From Azolla caroliniana (lineage: Eukaryota; Plantae; Polypodiophyta): a stretch of DNA of 64,000 nt. The notes under the pieces were generated by a model. The model ran no database searches, had not been told where the DNA came from, and was given only the letters and a program-made list of their open reading frames with translations. Positions 63,601 to 64,000 of this stretch are shown here, in pieces. The stretch spans positions 15,314,001-15,378,000 of the forward strand of contig JBHGNT010000010.1 of assembly GCA_043228905.1 (NCBI GenBank), written 5' to 3'. Position 1 is the first letter of the stretch; the number at the start of each line of letters is the position of its first letter. Position numbers and translations under genes: made by a program.

Positions 63601-64000
63601 TCCTCAAATATGATCTGCACAGGACTACATCTATGAGGATGAACTCAATGAATTCCTGGCAAATGGAGTAATCTCTGGACTCTCAGTTGCATTTTCAAGA
63701 GAAGGTGCAACAAAAGAATATGTTCAGCATAAGATGATTCAACAGGTAAAAAGAACTTGTATTACCTAATCTTCATGTTATTAATCTTTTCAGCTCTTAC
63801 ATAATATTTGTGTTATTACCTAAACCCTCAACCCATCATTCATTCTTTAGAAATTGTTAATGCTATCAACAAAATTCATTATCCTAGGTGATATCTCAGT
63901 CTATGAATGATTTTACGTTGTATGAGATTATCTTTGACACTAAATGCATGATCTCAGGCTTCAACCATTTGGAAGCTATTGTCAAATGGAGGCTATTTAT
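57646..64000 (+). CDS. CPR: NADPH-cytochrome P450 reductase, multi-exon; continues past the window end
   Basis: ATG at 57646, N-terminal membrane anchor, [85 protein letters not shown] across in-phase exons. Confidence 0.95.
58299..58915. mobile_element. Non-autonomous hAT-type element in CPR intron 2
   Basis: TIR catagattgaca / tgtcaatctatg with a perfect 8-bp TSD catggaac at 58291-58298 and 58916-58923; AT-rich interior with subterminal attcg repeats. Confidence 0.88.

Overview
AT-rich, intron-containing land-plant nuclear DNA, most likely from a fern (inferred from a mitochondrial insert that would need both C-to-U and U-to-C editing, and from a fern-style PLS-E PPR). Host genes in order: PUS6-like plastid pseudouridine synthase (+, 5' end outside the window), intronless TFIP11/STIPL1/NTR1 (-), PLS-E PPR (-), kinesin-7 (+), SIG1-related plastid sigma factor (+) and NADPH-cytochrome P450 reductase (+, 3' end outside the window). 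The 12.5-24.8 kb interval is accessory. It holds a mitochondrial insertion (trnfM, trnS-GCU, unedited nad7 3' exon, group II intron end) that is split by a 3.6-kb ORF1-only L1 derivative with poly(A) and a 14-bp TSD. It also holds further L1 fragments and an LTR carrying seven near-identical 176-bp tandem units. Other highlights are a decayed RING finger stranded behind the kinesin stop codon, an in-frame 84-bp duplication of a splice donor in the sigma gene, and several MITE/foldback elements. I found no evidence of a prokaryote-type novel system. Homology calls rest on recalled family sequences, not on database searches.
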